From: an uncultured virus (IMG/VR IMGVR_UViG_3300021400_000789)
Taxonomy: Duplodnaviria > Heunggongvirae > Uroviricota > Caudoviricetes
DNA: 64,000 nucleotides
Direction: 5' to 3' (one strand)
Virus record (IMG/VR): IMGVR_UViG_3300021400_000789
The notes under the pieces are model-generated. The model did no database searches. It saw only the letters and a program-made list of their open reading frames with translations, and was not told the DNA's origin. The position numbers and the translations under genes were made by a program. Positions 1 to 8,574 of the stretch are shown one piece after another (positions within the stretch are counted from its first letter, which is position 1; each line of letters begins with the position of its first letter).

Positions 1-357
1 CACAAGATTGTTTCCGACCTTATAGCTTATTCCGCCGCTCTGATCGTTAATAATAAGTTTGACCGCATTTGTCGGAGCGGTCAGCTCTAAATCCGTAACA
101 GCTACTTGCGGCTCTGCCATCGAGATTGCATTGTTTGCGCTGTCAATAAAACACCATGTTACAGACGCTGTAGAATCAGAATAAGCATTTATAACAAATT
201 TGTCCCCGGCAGTACAGTCAACTACTGCGTACATTCTTCCCACAGAACTTGGTATCGGTGTAAGGTCTATTGGTGTATCTGACGTTTTAATATAGTAATC
301 TTTTATTAGACTTATAACACCCGTTTGCGCACCTAAATCGGTCTTTTGATCAATATA
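1..357 (-). CDS. Start-less tail/receptor-binding protein cassette (partial, runs off window start)
   Basis: Manual translation: open frame after TAG at 358-360 reads YIDQKTDLGAQTGVISLIKDYYIK...LTAPTNAVKLIIND. There is no start codon before the KTDLG site, which resembles the LKSNLG site of the 2814-3905 cassette. Confidence 0.7.
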
Positions 358-1591
358 CTACGGAAATCTCGCTCCTGGAATTTGCTTTTACTCAAAGGCG
401 GGTTTAGATGCTGTAGAAAATGTACTTGATGATGTCGGATCTGTTTTTAAACAGGGGCTTAACGGGCATACATGGAGCGTTCTCGGTGATTCGATAACAG
501 ATGCAAATTCGACAATAGCGATAGACAACCACTATTATCACTTTATTAAGCGCAGAAATCCTAATCTGATATATAACGCCTACGGAGTAAGCGGCAACCG
601 GATGGCGGCGATGGCCGGAAGATACCAAAACATGAACTACTCTGATATTATCACCGTTTTCGGCGGCGTGAATGATTGGGGGCAGAACAATCCGACACCG
701 CTTGGAACAATTGACGACACCGGCACATCAACGTTTTACGGAGCTTTAAATACTCTCTGTACGGGACTTTTAACAGAGTTTCCGCTATCCTTGATTATAT
801 TTATAACTCCGCTCGGCAACAACGGTTTCGGAAGTTTTCCGACTGACAAAAACAGTTTGGGATTGTCGATTTATGATTATACAGATGCAATCATAGCATG
901 CTGCGCAAAGTACAAAATCCCTGTGCTCGACATTTGCCGAAACAGCATGCTTAATCCTCAGTTTGCTGGGCTTAAAGAGGCATATTTCTATGACGGTCTG
1001 CATCTGAATCCGAAGGGGCACGAGGTTTTATCATATCTCATAGAGTCGGAAATGTTGAAGCATTATATACCGGTTGTCAGTGATATTGACAATAAGGGAC
1101 GGCTGCTTGCTGCTTCGGACATTGATAGCAATATCGGTATTGACAATCTTGTTGTGAAGAATGGTACGCTTACATATGGCACATCAAGAGCGAATTGCAT
1201 CCTCCTTTTCAAGCCATCTGTTAAGAGAATCAGATTTACCTATGTCGTGACAGCGGGAGGTAGACCCGGCACAATCGAATGGACAGCGTTCGGGCTTAAT
1301 GGCACGACAGTCTATTGTACAGATGGTGGAAACACGTTTAAATTTGCTGTCAGCTCTAATAAGTATTCGGCAACAAAAGACAATACTCTAGCGGTCGTCA
1401 CAGATCCCAACAGCATCAACTTTGCGCAGAATATAAACAAACGCGCAGAGATCGTAATAGAAAACGGAGTGCAGAGTCTATATCTTAATGATGTTCTTAT
1501 TATGACAGTTACGAACTCCACAAGAATTGGATTCTGGGGGAGCGACACGATAAAGTTTAGGCTCGAAAACGTTAGGGTTTACGAGGACTGA
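350..1591 (+). CDS. SGNH/GDSL hydrolase tail cassette (start-less; first ATG at 602 lies downstream of the catalytic motif)
   Basis: Frame is open from 350 and encodes SKAGLDAVEN...WSVLGDSIT (block I), GGVND (block III) and DGLH (block V). Confidence 0.8.
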   Translation, partial: SIYYGNLAPGICFYSKAGLDAVENVLDDVGSVFKQGLNGHTWSVLGDSITDANSTIAIDNHYYHFIKRRNPNLIYNAYGVSGNRMAAMAGRYQNMNYSDIITVFGGVNDWGQNNPTPLGTIDDTGTSTFYGALNTLCTGLLTEFPLSLIIFITPLGNNGFGSFPTDKNSLGLSIYDYTDAIIACCAKYKIPVLDICRNSMLNPQFAGLKEAYFYDGLHLNPKGHEVLSYLIESEMLKHYIPVVSDIDNKGRLLAASDIDSNIGIDNLVVKNGTLTYGTSRANCILLFKPSVKRIRFTYVVTAGGRPGTIEWTAFGLNGTTVYCTDGGNTFKFAVSSNKYSATKDNTLAVVTDPNSINFAQNINKRAEIVIENGVQSLYLNDVLIMTVTNSTRIGFWGSDTIKFRLENVRVYED

Positions 1592-1684
1592 TTAGTAAAC
1601 TAAACGCCCGGATGCAAGTATACGCAATGACATTGTATGGCAGATCAAAAAGAGTGAGTGCGCTCATGATTACTGTGTGGGCGT

Positions 1685-2803
1685 TTAGTTCACTACGACT
1701 GTACACGTTGCCGTGTTGCCGTTTTTGGTAGTTGCCGTTATCGTTGCAGTTCCAGATGCCAGAGCTGTTACTTTTCCACCATAGACTATAGCAACACTAG
1801 GCGCACTTGATACCCACGTCAGAGTCATATCTGTCGGATTTGACGGTGTAAACAATCCCGTGAGCAAATGTGTATCACCAACCGACATTGACAATGATGC
1901 AGAATCAAGAGTCAGTGCCGTATCAGGAATAACGTCTGACACACCTTCTGGAGCGTATACACGCACCCATGCAACTTGTGTTTCCAGTTCTGTCTCCGCC
2001 TGTGTGCCGTTTAATTGTGGCAACTGATTGAACATAAGGAAGTGTGGTCTGCGAAAAGCGTTAAATGCACCGACATTTGCATCAGATATAGCAAAAGTTT
2101 CCTTTAAAACCCTGTCGCAATAGATTTTAATATAGTCCTCTGTCCACTCACATCCGTATATATGCCAGTTGGAAGCGTCTGTTGAAAGTGTTTCGTGTCC
2201 GCCCGTCACGTGATGATTTGTTTCCAGATTATCCGCCCAGTGTTTCGTTGTCGTGACAGTGCCGTTGTCCGCTTCTGCTATGTCGATTTCTCCGCAGCTA
2301 GCCCACAATAAACCTTTTGAAGCGTCCGCAACCGCGTTCGGGTCACAAACTCTGTCATATCCCGCGCCCATCGTCCAGAATGTCGAGTGATATACCGGAT
2401 TATCCGGGAACTTCATTTTTGCTTCTATCAGTCCATAGCGGAACTCAAACAGCCCTTTTGTCCAGATAAATGCACCTGTCCAGTCTGTGAGCGGCATATC
2501 AGAATCTTTCTTGTTGTTATAATGCAGATTTCCGTCTTGACAGAAAGCGTTATTTGCCAAGTTGTTTTGATGCATATAGTACCTGTTGGAAGTGTAATAG
2601 CCATATAAATGGTTCCATTTCTGACTATCTACAGCATTTACGTCAAACTCATCGTGCCAAACTAATAACCTTCCCGGAACAATGTCATCAAGACCGCTTA
2701 GCAACTCATTATCATCAATATCATAGGCTTGCGAAAGTGCCGCCCCACTAACACTATATGCGGCATCTGTCGCAGTCCCGTCTAATAAATATACAGGCAT
2801 CAC
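1685..2803 (-). CDS. Glycoside hydrolase family 16 domain protein with C-terminal Ig-like (Big_2) domain
   Basis: WHDEFD, YGLIEAKMK, catalytic GEIDIAE (ExDxxE) and WHIYGCEW; C-terminal TWVSSAPSVAIV..GKVTALASGTATITAT; GGAGG RBS upstream. Confidence 0.85.
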   Translation of the reverse strand: MMPVYLLDGTATDAAYSVSGAALSQAYDIDDNELLSGLDDIVPGRLLVWHDEFDVNAVDSQKWNHLYGYYTSNRYYMHQNNLANNAFCQDGNLHYNNKKDSDMPLTDWTGAFIWTKGLFEFRYGLIEAKMKFPDNPVYHSTFWTMGAGYDRVCDPNAVADASKGLLWASCGEIDIAEADNGTVTTTKHWADNLETNHHVTGGHETLSTDASNWHIYGCEWTEDYIKIYCDRVLKETFAISDANVGAFNAFRRPHFLMFNQLPQLNGTQAETELETQVAWVRVYAPEGVSDVIPDTALTLDSASLSMSVGDTHLLTGLFTPSNPTDMTLTWVSSAPSVAIVYGGKVTALASGTATITATTKNGNTATCTVVVN

Positions 2804-2813
2804 ACACCTCCAC

Positions 2814-3905
2814 TTAGAGTCGTTTAAATTTTATGGACTTAATAAATGCCCCATTAAATGCCGGAGCTGCGGACTGGAAACATCCGATGCCAGTAAAAGC
2901 TATATACTGAGTGGTGTCCGTGTTCTGTGTGAGTGTTACAGGATTACCATCAATAGACAATTCATACACATTGTTGTTGGCTGTGATTTCATAGATGTGA
3001 TACTCGTTACTATTCGAATCTGCAATCGGTGAATTTGTCCCGTTAATTCCAACTGCGACCATACCATGTTCTGATGATGTTCCAAGCCCCGAATCCAAAA
3101 CCATTTTTATTCCTCTGAACTGATTGGGACTTACTACAGCGTTCTGAATCTGGAATTGCGGGTTATTGTTCGCCGCAAACACATGCTGTCCATTACTGTT
3201 CTCGGAATATGATTTTATTTCAATCTGCATTTTGCAGTTTCCGGTATACTCAAAATCAAGTTTCGGTGTTTTTGCAAAAAGAACTCCGTTCTCAGTCGTA
3301 AAATCGTACTCGGTAACCGTCATTCCATCTGGGAGCGTTCTGCTTGACGAATACCATTCATAGTCCCAATAAGGGGCTGATACAGTGACGTTAAATGTTG
3401 TGGTCTTTCCTTCTCTCGCAACCGTGACAGTGCTTGTTCCAGTGGCAAGAGTCCCAAACAGCGTATAATCAGTGATTACTCTCGATGTGCCGTTGCTATA
3501 ATACCCGGTAACGACAAGATAAGCCTTCAGGTCATTCAGCGGAGTTGTCGGATACACTACTGCGCTGCCCTGTGTGAAAACTGCCTCTATTCTCACTAAT
3601 CCCGTGTTTGGGTATAAAGCGCTTTCCAACGCATCATAGTAGGACTGACAACCCGTACCGCTCCATGCTACATGGTCAAAGCACGCAAGCAGAGCAGTTT
3701 TTACATCATTCGACAAACCATCAACATTTTCGAGCGCTTCTTCTACGGCACCTAAACCCGCCTTTGCATCGTCTATATCAGCCTGGGCTGCATTGATCGC
3801 GTCAACGATACTGGTTTTCACGGATGTGTCAAGGTTCGCAATGTTACCTAAATTGCTCTTTAAGGAACTAAATGGCGTCCGGATCCGGGAGACAGTGCTG
3901 CACAA
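2814..3905 (-). CDS. Tail fibre/receptor-binding cassette with Ig-like domain (true start probably supplied by recombination)
   Basis: Coiled N-terminus LKSNLGNIANLDT..IVDAINAA; Ig-like segment LVVTGYYSNGTSRVITDYTL..GKTTTFNVTV; no RBS at the predicted start. Confidence 0.7.
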   Translation of the reverse strand: MCSTVSRIRTPFSSLKSNLGNIANLDTSVKTSIVDAINAAQADIDDAKAGLGAVEEALENVDGLSNDVKTALLACFDHVAWSGTGCQSYYDALESALYPNTGLVRIEAVFTQGSAVVYPTTPLNDLKAYLVVTGYYSNGTSRVITDYTLFGTLATGTSTVTVAREGKTTTFNVTVSAPYWDYEWYSSSRTLPDGMTVTEYDFTTENGVLFAKTPKLDFEYTGNCKMQIEIKSYSENSNGQHVFAANNNPQFQIQNAVVSPNQFRGIKMVLDSGLGTSSEHGMVAVGINGTNSPIADSNSNEYHIYEITANNNVYELSIDGNPVTLTQNTDTTQYIAFTGIGCFQSAAPAFNGAFIKSIKFKRL

Positions 3906-4053
3906 TCCGACATGATTTCTGCACTCTCTGGATGAAATCTATATATTGTTGCAGGTGGTATCAGTCGTGCTTTATCATTGATGCAGGGGTGCTTTTTTTG
4001 TCTCCGGATATTCAGATTCCACCCTCCCCAATAATCAACAGGGAGGGACGTTT

Positions 4054-5064
4054 ATGTCAGATTCATTTGTTGATGGTTTCAGCCTTAAGCTGGAACCATA
4101 TTTCACACCTGAGCAGATCAGGCAGATCAAAGAAGCGCTCTATATCTACACGCTTGGGTTTACGATAGTGCCCATCACTACGGAACTGGCCGTAACTGAA
4201 TACTGCCTTCCGCAAGCGTATCATGTGTACATCGCATCAAAGGAGCAGGACGGCAAGTTATCTTTGCGATCGCGGGAGCAGTATTGCCTCTGTATTGAGG
4301 ACATGTTGTATTTCCTTCGAATTCCTCTGGACGCGATTACCGTGAACCATATCCGTATGTATCTGCAGCATATATCCGTGAACAAGAAGACCGGAAAGAA
4401 GCTCAGTGCGGAAACCCTGAACCAGCGGAAGAGTATCATTAAGTCATTCTTCAGGTGGCTGTACGAAGAGGAATATATTGCAAAGGACCCGTCCGTAAGG
4501 ATCAAACGCGAGAAATCACACTCAAAGCCCAGGGAACAATATGAGGATACAGAAATCGAGAAGATACGTGATGCCTGCATGTCTGAGAGGGACACAGCGA
4601 TCGTAGATCTTCTGGCATCATCCGGGATACGAGTATCTGAATGCGTGGGCCTTAATATTGAAGATGTAGATCTTGAAAACCGTGAGCTTGTTGTCTACGG
4701 GAAAGGCGGGAAGTGGCGGACTGCTTATATAGATGCAAGGGCTGTGGTGAGCATCCGGAAGTATCTTGATTCAAGGACAGATGACTGCGAGGCGCTGTTC
4801 GTATCGAAGAAGAAACCGTTTCAGCGAATAGGTGCCCCTGCGGTGCGCAGATGCCTTCACAGCTTGTCTTTTGAAAGCGGGGTACAGAATATTATCCCGC
4901 ACCGGTTCCGCCACACTGTAGCGACCAGAGCGATTGAGAAAGATATGCCAGTCGAAAGTGTTCAGGCTATGCTCGGGCACATGGATATAAAGACCACAAT
5001 GCATTACGCGCATGTGAACAAGGAAAAGGTTAAAGCTGATCACAGGCGCTATATAGGGAAGTAA
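4054..5064 (+). CDS. Tyrosine recombinase (XerC/D-like), probable cassette invertase
   Basis: GIRVSE, GKGGK, HRFRH, LGH and TTMHY catalytic motifs; GGGAGGG RBS; directly adjacent to the cassettes. Confidence 0.9.
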   Translation: MSDSFVDGFSLKLEPYFTPEQIRQIKEALYIYTLGFTIVPITTELAVTEYCLPQAYHVYIASKEQDGKLSLRSREQYCLCIEDMLYFLRIPLDAITVNHIRMYLQHISVNKKTGKKLSAETLNQRKSIIKSFFRWLYEEEYIAKDPSVRIKREKSHSKPREQYEDTEIEKIRDACMSERDTAIVDLLASSGIRVSECVGLNIEDVDLENRELVVYGKGGKWRTAYIDARAVVSIRKYLDSRTDDCEALFVSKKKPFQRIGAPAVRRCLHSLSFESGVQNIIPHRFRHTVATRAIEKDMPVESVQAMLGHMDIKTTMHYAHVNKEKVKADHRRYIGK

Positions 5065-5072
5065 ACTGACAT

Positions 5073-5100
5073 GGAGCGTATATCGCTCCTTTTTTATTTT
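5073..5100 (+). terminator. Intrinsic terminator after the recombinase
   Basis: GGAGCG-tatat-CGCTCC followed by a T run. Confidence 0.7.
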
Positions 5101-5196
5101 ACGGAGGTGATGTTCATGTCTTATTCGAGAGACTCACCGTAACATTAGAAAACGACAAGATTACTGCATGTTAATTTAGAAAGGAGATTAAGGCCA

Positions 5197-5637
5197 TTGT
5201 CCCTAAATGATTTGCTCACTATGCTCCATATATCCCCGGGCGCAGGAATGTTCATTGTCCTGGCAGTGTTCCTCTCGCTCGTTCAGATTGCACCCATAAA
5301 AATCAATCCGTGGGATACTATCCTGGGATGGATCGGGTCTAAGATCAATGCCGGCGTAAAGAAGCAGCTCGATGCTGTCAGCCAGCAGAGCAACGTCCAG
5401 AAGGAAGAGTTCCGGGAGTTCTGGATCGATTACCAGCGTGAGGCAATCCTGCGGTTCTCACGTGAATGTTCGCAGGATATGTCGCATAGCAGAGAAGAAT
5501 GGAACCACATATTGGATATCATCAAACGATACGAGACATTCTGCAGCAAGCATGAGATCGCGAACGGAGTGATAGAGGAGAATTCTTCCTATCTCCGGGA
5601 CCTTCACAAAAAGCTCCTGCAGGAACACAGAATTTAA
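5197..5637 (+). CDS. Holin-like membrane protein
   Basis: N-terminal TM segment and VQIAPIKINPW motif; located in the lysis module; AAAGGAG RBS with TTG start. Confidence 0.6.
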   Translation: MSLNDLLTMLHISPGAGMFIVLAVFLSLVQIAPIKINPWDTILGWIGSKINAGVKKQLDAVSQQSNVQKEEFREFWIDYQREAILRFSRECSQDMSHSREEWNHILDIIKRYETFCSKHEIANGVIEENSSYLRDLHKKLLQEHRI

Positions 5638-5649
5638 GGAGGATTTTGC

Positions 5650-6081
5650 ATGAACAATTTATTTTTCAACATCTGCATGGCATTGATCGTAGCGATCGCA
5701 GGCATCGTAGCCAAGACACTTCTCCCGTACCTCGAAGAGAAACGCGCTGAGGTGGAAGCGAAGCTCCGGAACACAAGATGGTCGTGGGCCGTTGACATCG
5801 TCGACGCGGTTGTGCGTGCGGTAGAACAGACCGTCGAGGAAGACATCCATGGCGAGGATAAAAAGCGGATCGCCATCAAATATATTGAAAAACTGCTCAA
5901 CGACAACGGGATCGCCCTCACATATGACGAGATAAACACACTGGTCGAGGCTGCGGTCAATACAATGAACTCCGGATTCATTTCTGTGGAAACAGAGGGG
6001 TCGGTTCCTGATGAAACAGAACCGGTAGAAGCGGATCCGGTTATCGCATCTCAGCTCTCAGCGCTCGCTGTTGACTGCTGA
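5650..6081 (+). CDS. Phage holin (LL-H-like)
   Basis: N-terminal TM, AVRAVEQ..GEDKK..A and LVEAAV motifs; precedes the endolysin. Confidence 0.75.
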   Translation: MNNLFFNICMALIVAIAGIVAKTLLPYLEEKRAEVEAKLRNTRWSWAVDIVDAVVRAVEQTVEEDIHGEDKKRIAIKYIEKLLNDNGIALTYDEINTLVEAAVNTMNSGFISVETEGSVPDETEPVEADPVIASQLSALAVDC

Positions 6082-6113
6082 AGATGAAGAATAAAACTGA
6101 ATAAACAATGCAG

Positions 6114-6141
6114 GGCGGGGACTTCGGTCTCCGCCTTTTTT
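6114..6141 (+). terminator. Intrinsic terminator between holins and endolysin
   Basis: GGCGGGGAC-TTCG-GTCTCCGCC then TTTTTT. Confidence 0.7.
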
Positions 6142-6154
6142 AGTGAGGAAAAGT

Positions 6155-8359
6155 ATGAATAAGAAAAATTTACACGTTCTTTCCAATATTATCGCTGCCG
6201 TTGAGAGCGGCGGACAGATCTACAGTGAGAATAGAGATTGGACAGCATACGCCGGAGCCTACGCTAACACTCCCGGGGAGCACACGTGCACCCTTGGACC
6301 TTATCAGGCGTACGGGGACGAGGCGCAGGAGCTTATACAGTATATCTGGGATCACCACGAGCATGAATTCCGGAAATGCGATCCGAATATGATCATCTAT
6401 CGAAAGCTGTATGACGGCCAATTTACCTCATGGGTCGAGATGCGGTGGAACCCGAACAGCACAGAAAAAGCAATCCTCATTAAACTGCTCGGTACGGAAG
6501 CCGGGCATGAGGCGAGCGAGTATGTATTTCAGGAACGCCTTAATAAGTACATCACCAGGGCCGAGAAATTCGGTGTGAAGACCACATACGGCCAGATGAT
6601 GTGGGCGCAGATCCAGCATCTGGGCGGCGTAGGCCCTGTGACACGTGTATTTAACCGCTGCAATGGAAATTATTCCCTCGACAGCATTATGAGCGCCCTG
6701 ATGGCGGATCAGGCTGATTCATCAAGCAGTAACCAGGTCGGGGATAAGATCTATTGGAGCAGGCATCAGAAATGTGTTGAGTTTATTCGTAAATACGCCG
6801 AAGAGGAATACGACGGAGGGGAAAGGAAAGAGGAGGACAAAACGATGAGCCAGCTTCAGAAAGGACTCAATCTTCTCGGTCAGTGGGTAAAGGAAGGCCA
6901 TGTCGAGCCAAATGGAGACGATGACATCATCAAGGCATACAACGACCAGCGGCCGGCAGGTACCTATAAGATGTCAATGTCTGACAGCTGGTGCATGGCG
7001 TCTCAGTCAGTAATGGCGCACATCGTAGGGCTTAATCCGACAGGCAAGGCGGTAGGAGCTCCGAACACATGCGACTGTGATGTGGGAATGCAGTGGTTCA
7101 AGAATCAGGGCAGATGGTATTCCCGGATGCAGGGACAGCTCGGAGACCAGGTGTATTATACATGGCACAGCGACCCGTCTGATGCGCAGCATGTGGGCAC
7201 GATTACTGCGATCGAGGGCAGCTATTATTATGTGACCGAGGGTAACTACCAGGACCGTGTCGCCGTCCGGAAAATCGCAAAATCCGATTCCCGGATCATT
7301 GGCGTTGGTCGTCCGAAGTGGGACAGCACAGAAGTTGAAAAAGAGACAGCTCCGACGCTTGACAATCCCGCTTCAAAAGACAATGCTCTGCAGGGGAAGT
7401 ATACAGTTAAAGAGGACTTGAATATCCGCTACGGTGCCGGCACTGACAAGACCAGAATCGGCACATTGACAGGCGGCGCAGAAGTTTCCTGCGATGGATC
7501 CTATACAGCTGTCGGTGATAAGAAATGGTACTACGTCAAATCCAGTCTGGGGTATGGCTTTGTGTCCGGAGCTTATCTGACGAAGATCGTGGAACTTCCG
7601 AAGGTGAGCGATATCACTGTCGCCACGTTCATCGGCGCGATTGATGCGGTCTACCAGACGGCACACAAGGGAAATTACTCTTATGGCAACAGCCTGGCAA
7701 CGCCGCCGACGTCTGACAAGATCATCTCCTGTGATCGTCTGATCGCCAAGGCCATGTATGACCTTGGATTCACCGACCAGCCTAAGGGCGGTATCACTGT
7801 AGGGCATATGGAAACATACCTTACTAAGTGGGGGCTTAAGAAGGTCACTGATCAGAGCAAGATCAAGGGTGGCGATATCATTCTTTTCAAGGCTGACGGC
7901 ACGGCGCAGCCCACAGCTGCATGGCACGCATTTGTCGTGACAGATTATGATCACGTCACAAAAACATGCAGCAAGTACGATATGGGATCTCAGAATCGTA
8001 TTAACAGTGCGCAGCCGTTCACGAATGTGGACTTTGATCAGTGGCCGGCAAAGTCCTTCTATTGTGCGTTTACCGGTTTCAAGGAAGAGCCGAAGGAAGA
8101 GCCGAAGCAGAGCTCCGGAAAGCTGAATGAAACTCCGAAGTGGGTGGCAAAAGCAACGACCGGCTGTAATGTCCGTGTTTATGCAGGCACGGAATATCCT
8201 AACATCAAGTCATATCCTCAGCTGGCGAAGGGAAACCTGGTCGACGTCTGCGATTCCGTCAAGGCGAAAAACGGTGTGATCTGGTATTATGTACGCATCA
8301 AAGCCAATGATAAATATGTGCATGGTTTCGTGTCGTCCAAGTGCCTTGCAAGTGTGTAA
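6155..8359 (+). CDS. Modular endolysin (lysozyme-like + CHAP + SH3b + second peptidase-like + SH3b)
   Basis: AVESGG N-terminal domain; CHAP motifs SWC...HVG...EGN; two SH3b-like repeats (LNIRYGAG..WYYV..GFVS and CNVRVYAG..WYYV..GFVS); SCD...WH segment. Confidence 0.85.
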   Translation: MNKKNLHVLSNIIAAVESGGQIYSENRDWTAYAGAYANTPGEHTCTLGPYQAYGDEAQELIQYIWDHHEHEFRKCDPNMIIYRKLYDGQFTSWVEMRWNPNSTEKAILIKLLGTEAGHEASEYVFQERLNKYITRAEKFGVKTTYGQMMWAQIQHLGGVGPVTRVFNRCNGNYSLDSIMSALMADQADSSSSNQVGDKIYWSRHQKCVEFIRKYAEEEYDGGERKEEDKTMSQLQKGLNLLGQWVKEGHVEPNGDDDIIKAYNDQRPAGTYKMSMSDSWCMASQSVMAHIVGLNPTGKAVGAPNTCDCDVGMQWFKNQGRWYSRMQGQLGDQVYYTWHSDPSDAQHVGTITAIEGSYYYVTEGNYQDRVAVRKIAKSDSRIIGVGRPKWDSTEVEKETAPTLDNPASKDNALQGKYTVKEDLNIRYGAGTDKTRIGTLTGGAEVSCDGSYTAVGDKKWYYVKSSLGYGFVSGAYLTKIVELPKVSDITVATFIGAIDAVYQTAHKGNYSYGNSLATPPTSDKIISCDRLIAKAMYDLGFTDQPKGGITVGHMETYLTKWGLKKVTDQSKIKGGDIILFKADGTAQPTAAWHAFVVTDYDHVTKTCSKYDMGSQNRINSAQPFTNVDFDQWPAKSFYCAFTGFKEEPKEEPKQSSGKLNETPKWVAKATTGCNVRVYAGTEYPNIKSYPQLAKGNLVDVCDSVKAKNGVIWYYVRIKANDKYVHGFVSSKCLASV

Positions 8360-8418
8360 AAAGTAATTACAATTATCATTACTTGAATAACTCAACGCTA
8401 ACTTGCCGGTAACGCAAC

Positions 8419-8526
8419 GATTCGAGTTAGATTCGAGTTTAACTCGATTGAATTGAGTTAGTTCAATCGAGATTCAATTAAGGATTCAATCGAGAATGGT
8501 TCAAGCTGGTTCAAGCTGGTTCAAGG
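8419..8526. repeat. Degenerate short tandem repeats (GATTCGAGTT, TTCAATCGAG, TGGTTCAAGC x3)
   Basis: Read directly from the intergenic sequence. Confidence 0.7.
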
Positions 8527-8536
8527 CATAAAGATA

Positions 8537-8566
8537 GGGGCGGTCAATTCCGCCCCTCTTTTTTTT
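8537..8566 (+). terminator. Terminator at the convergence of the lysis and leftward operons
   Basis: GGGGCGG-tcaatt-CCGCCCC followed by a T run. Confidence 0.75.
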
Positions 8567-8574
8567 ATGCCCGA

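Larger units (their letters stand above)
331..3862. repeat. Four putative recombination sites, (C/T)AAA-N6-TTTAG type: 332-346 (-), 393-418 (+), 3741-3766 (-), 3847-3861 (-)
   Basis: AAAGACCGATTTAGG, AAAGGCGGGTTTAGA, AAAGGCGGGTTTAGG and AAAGAGCAATTTAGG; all read K-x-x-L in the frame of their cassette. Confidence 0.7.

Noticed and set aside
602..1591. ATG 602 as the true start of the SGNH gene
   Set aside because: It would omit the catalytic GDS block encoded upstream in the same frame.
1..5064. Diversity-generating retroelement acting on tail genes
   Set aside because: No reverse transcriptase and no TR/VR pair differing at adenines was seen; the pattern fits site-specific inversion.
8390..8526. 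Possible CRISPR or mini-array
   Set aside because: Units are 10-11 bp and abut each other without unique spacers; no cas genes are present.
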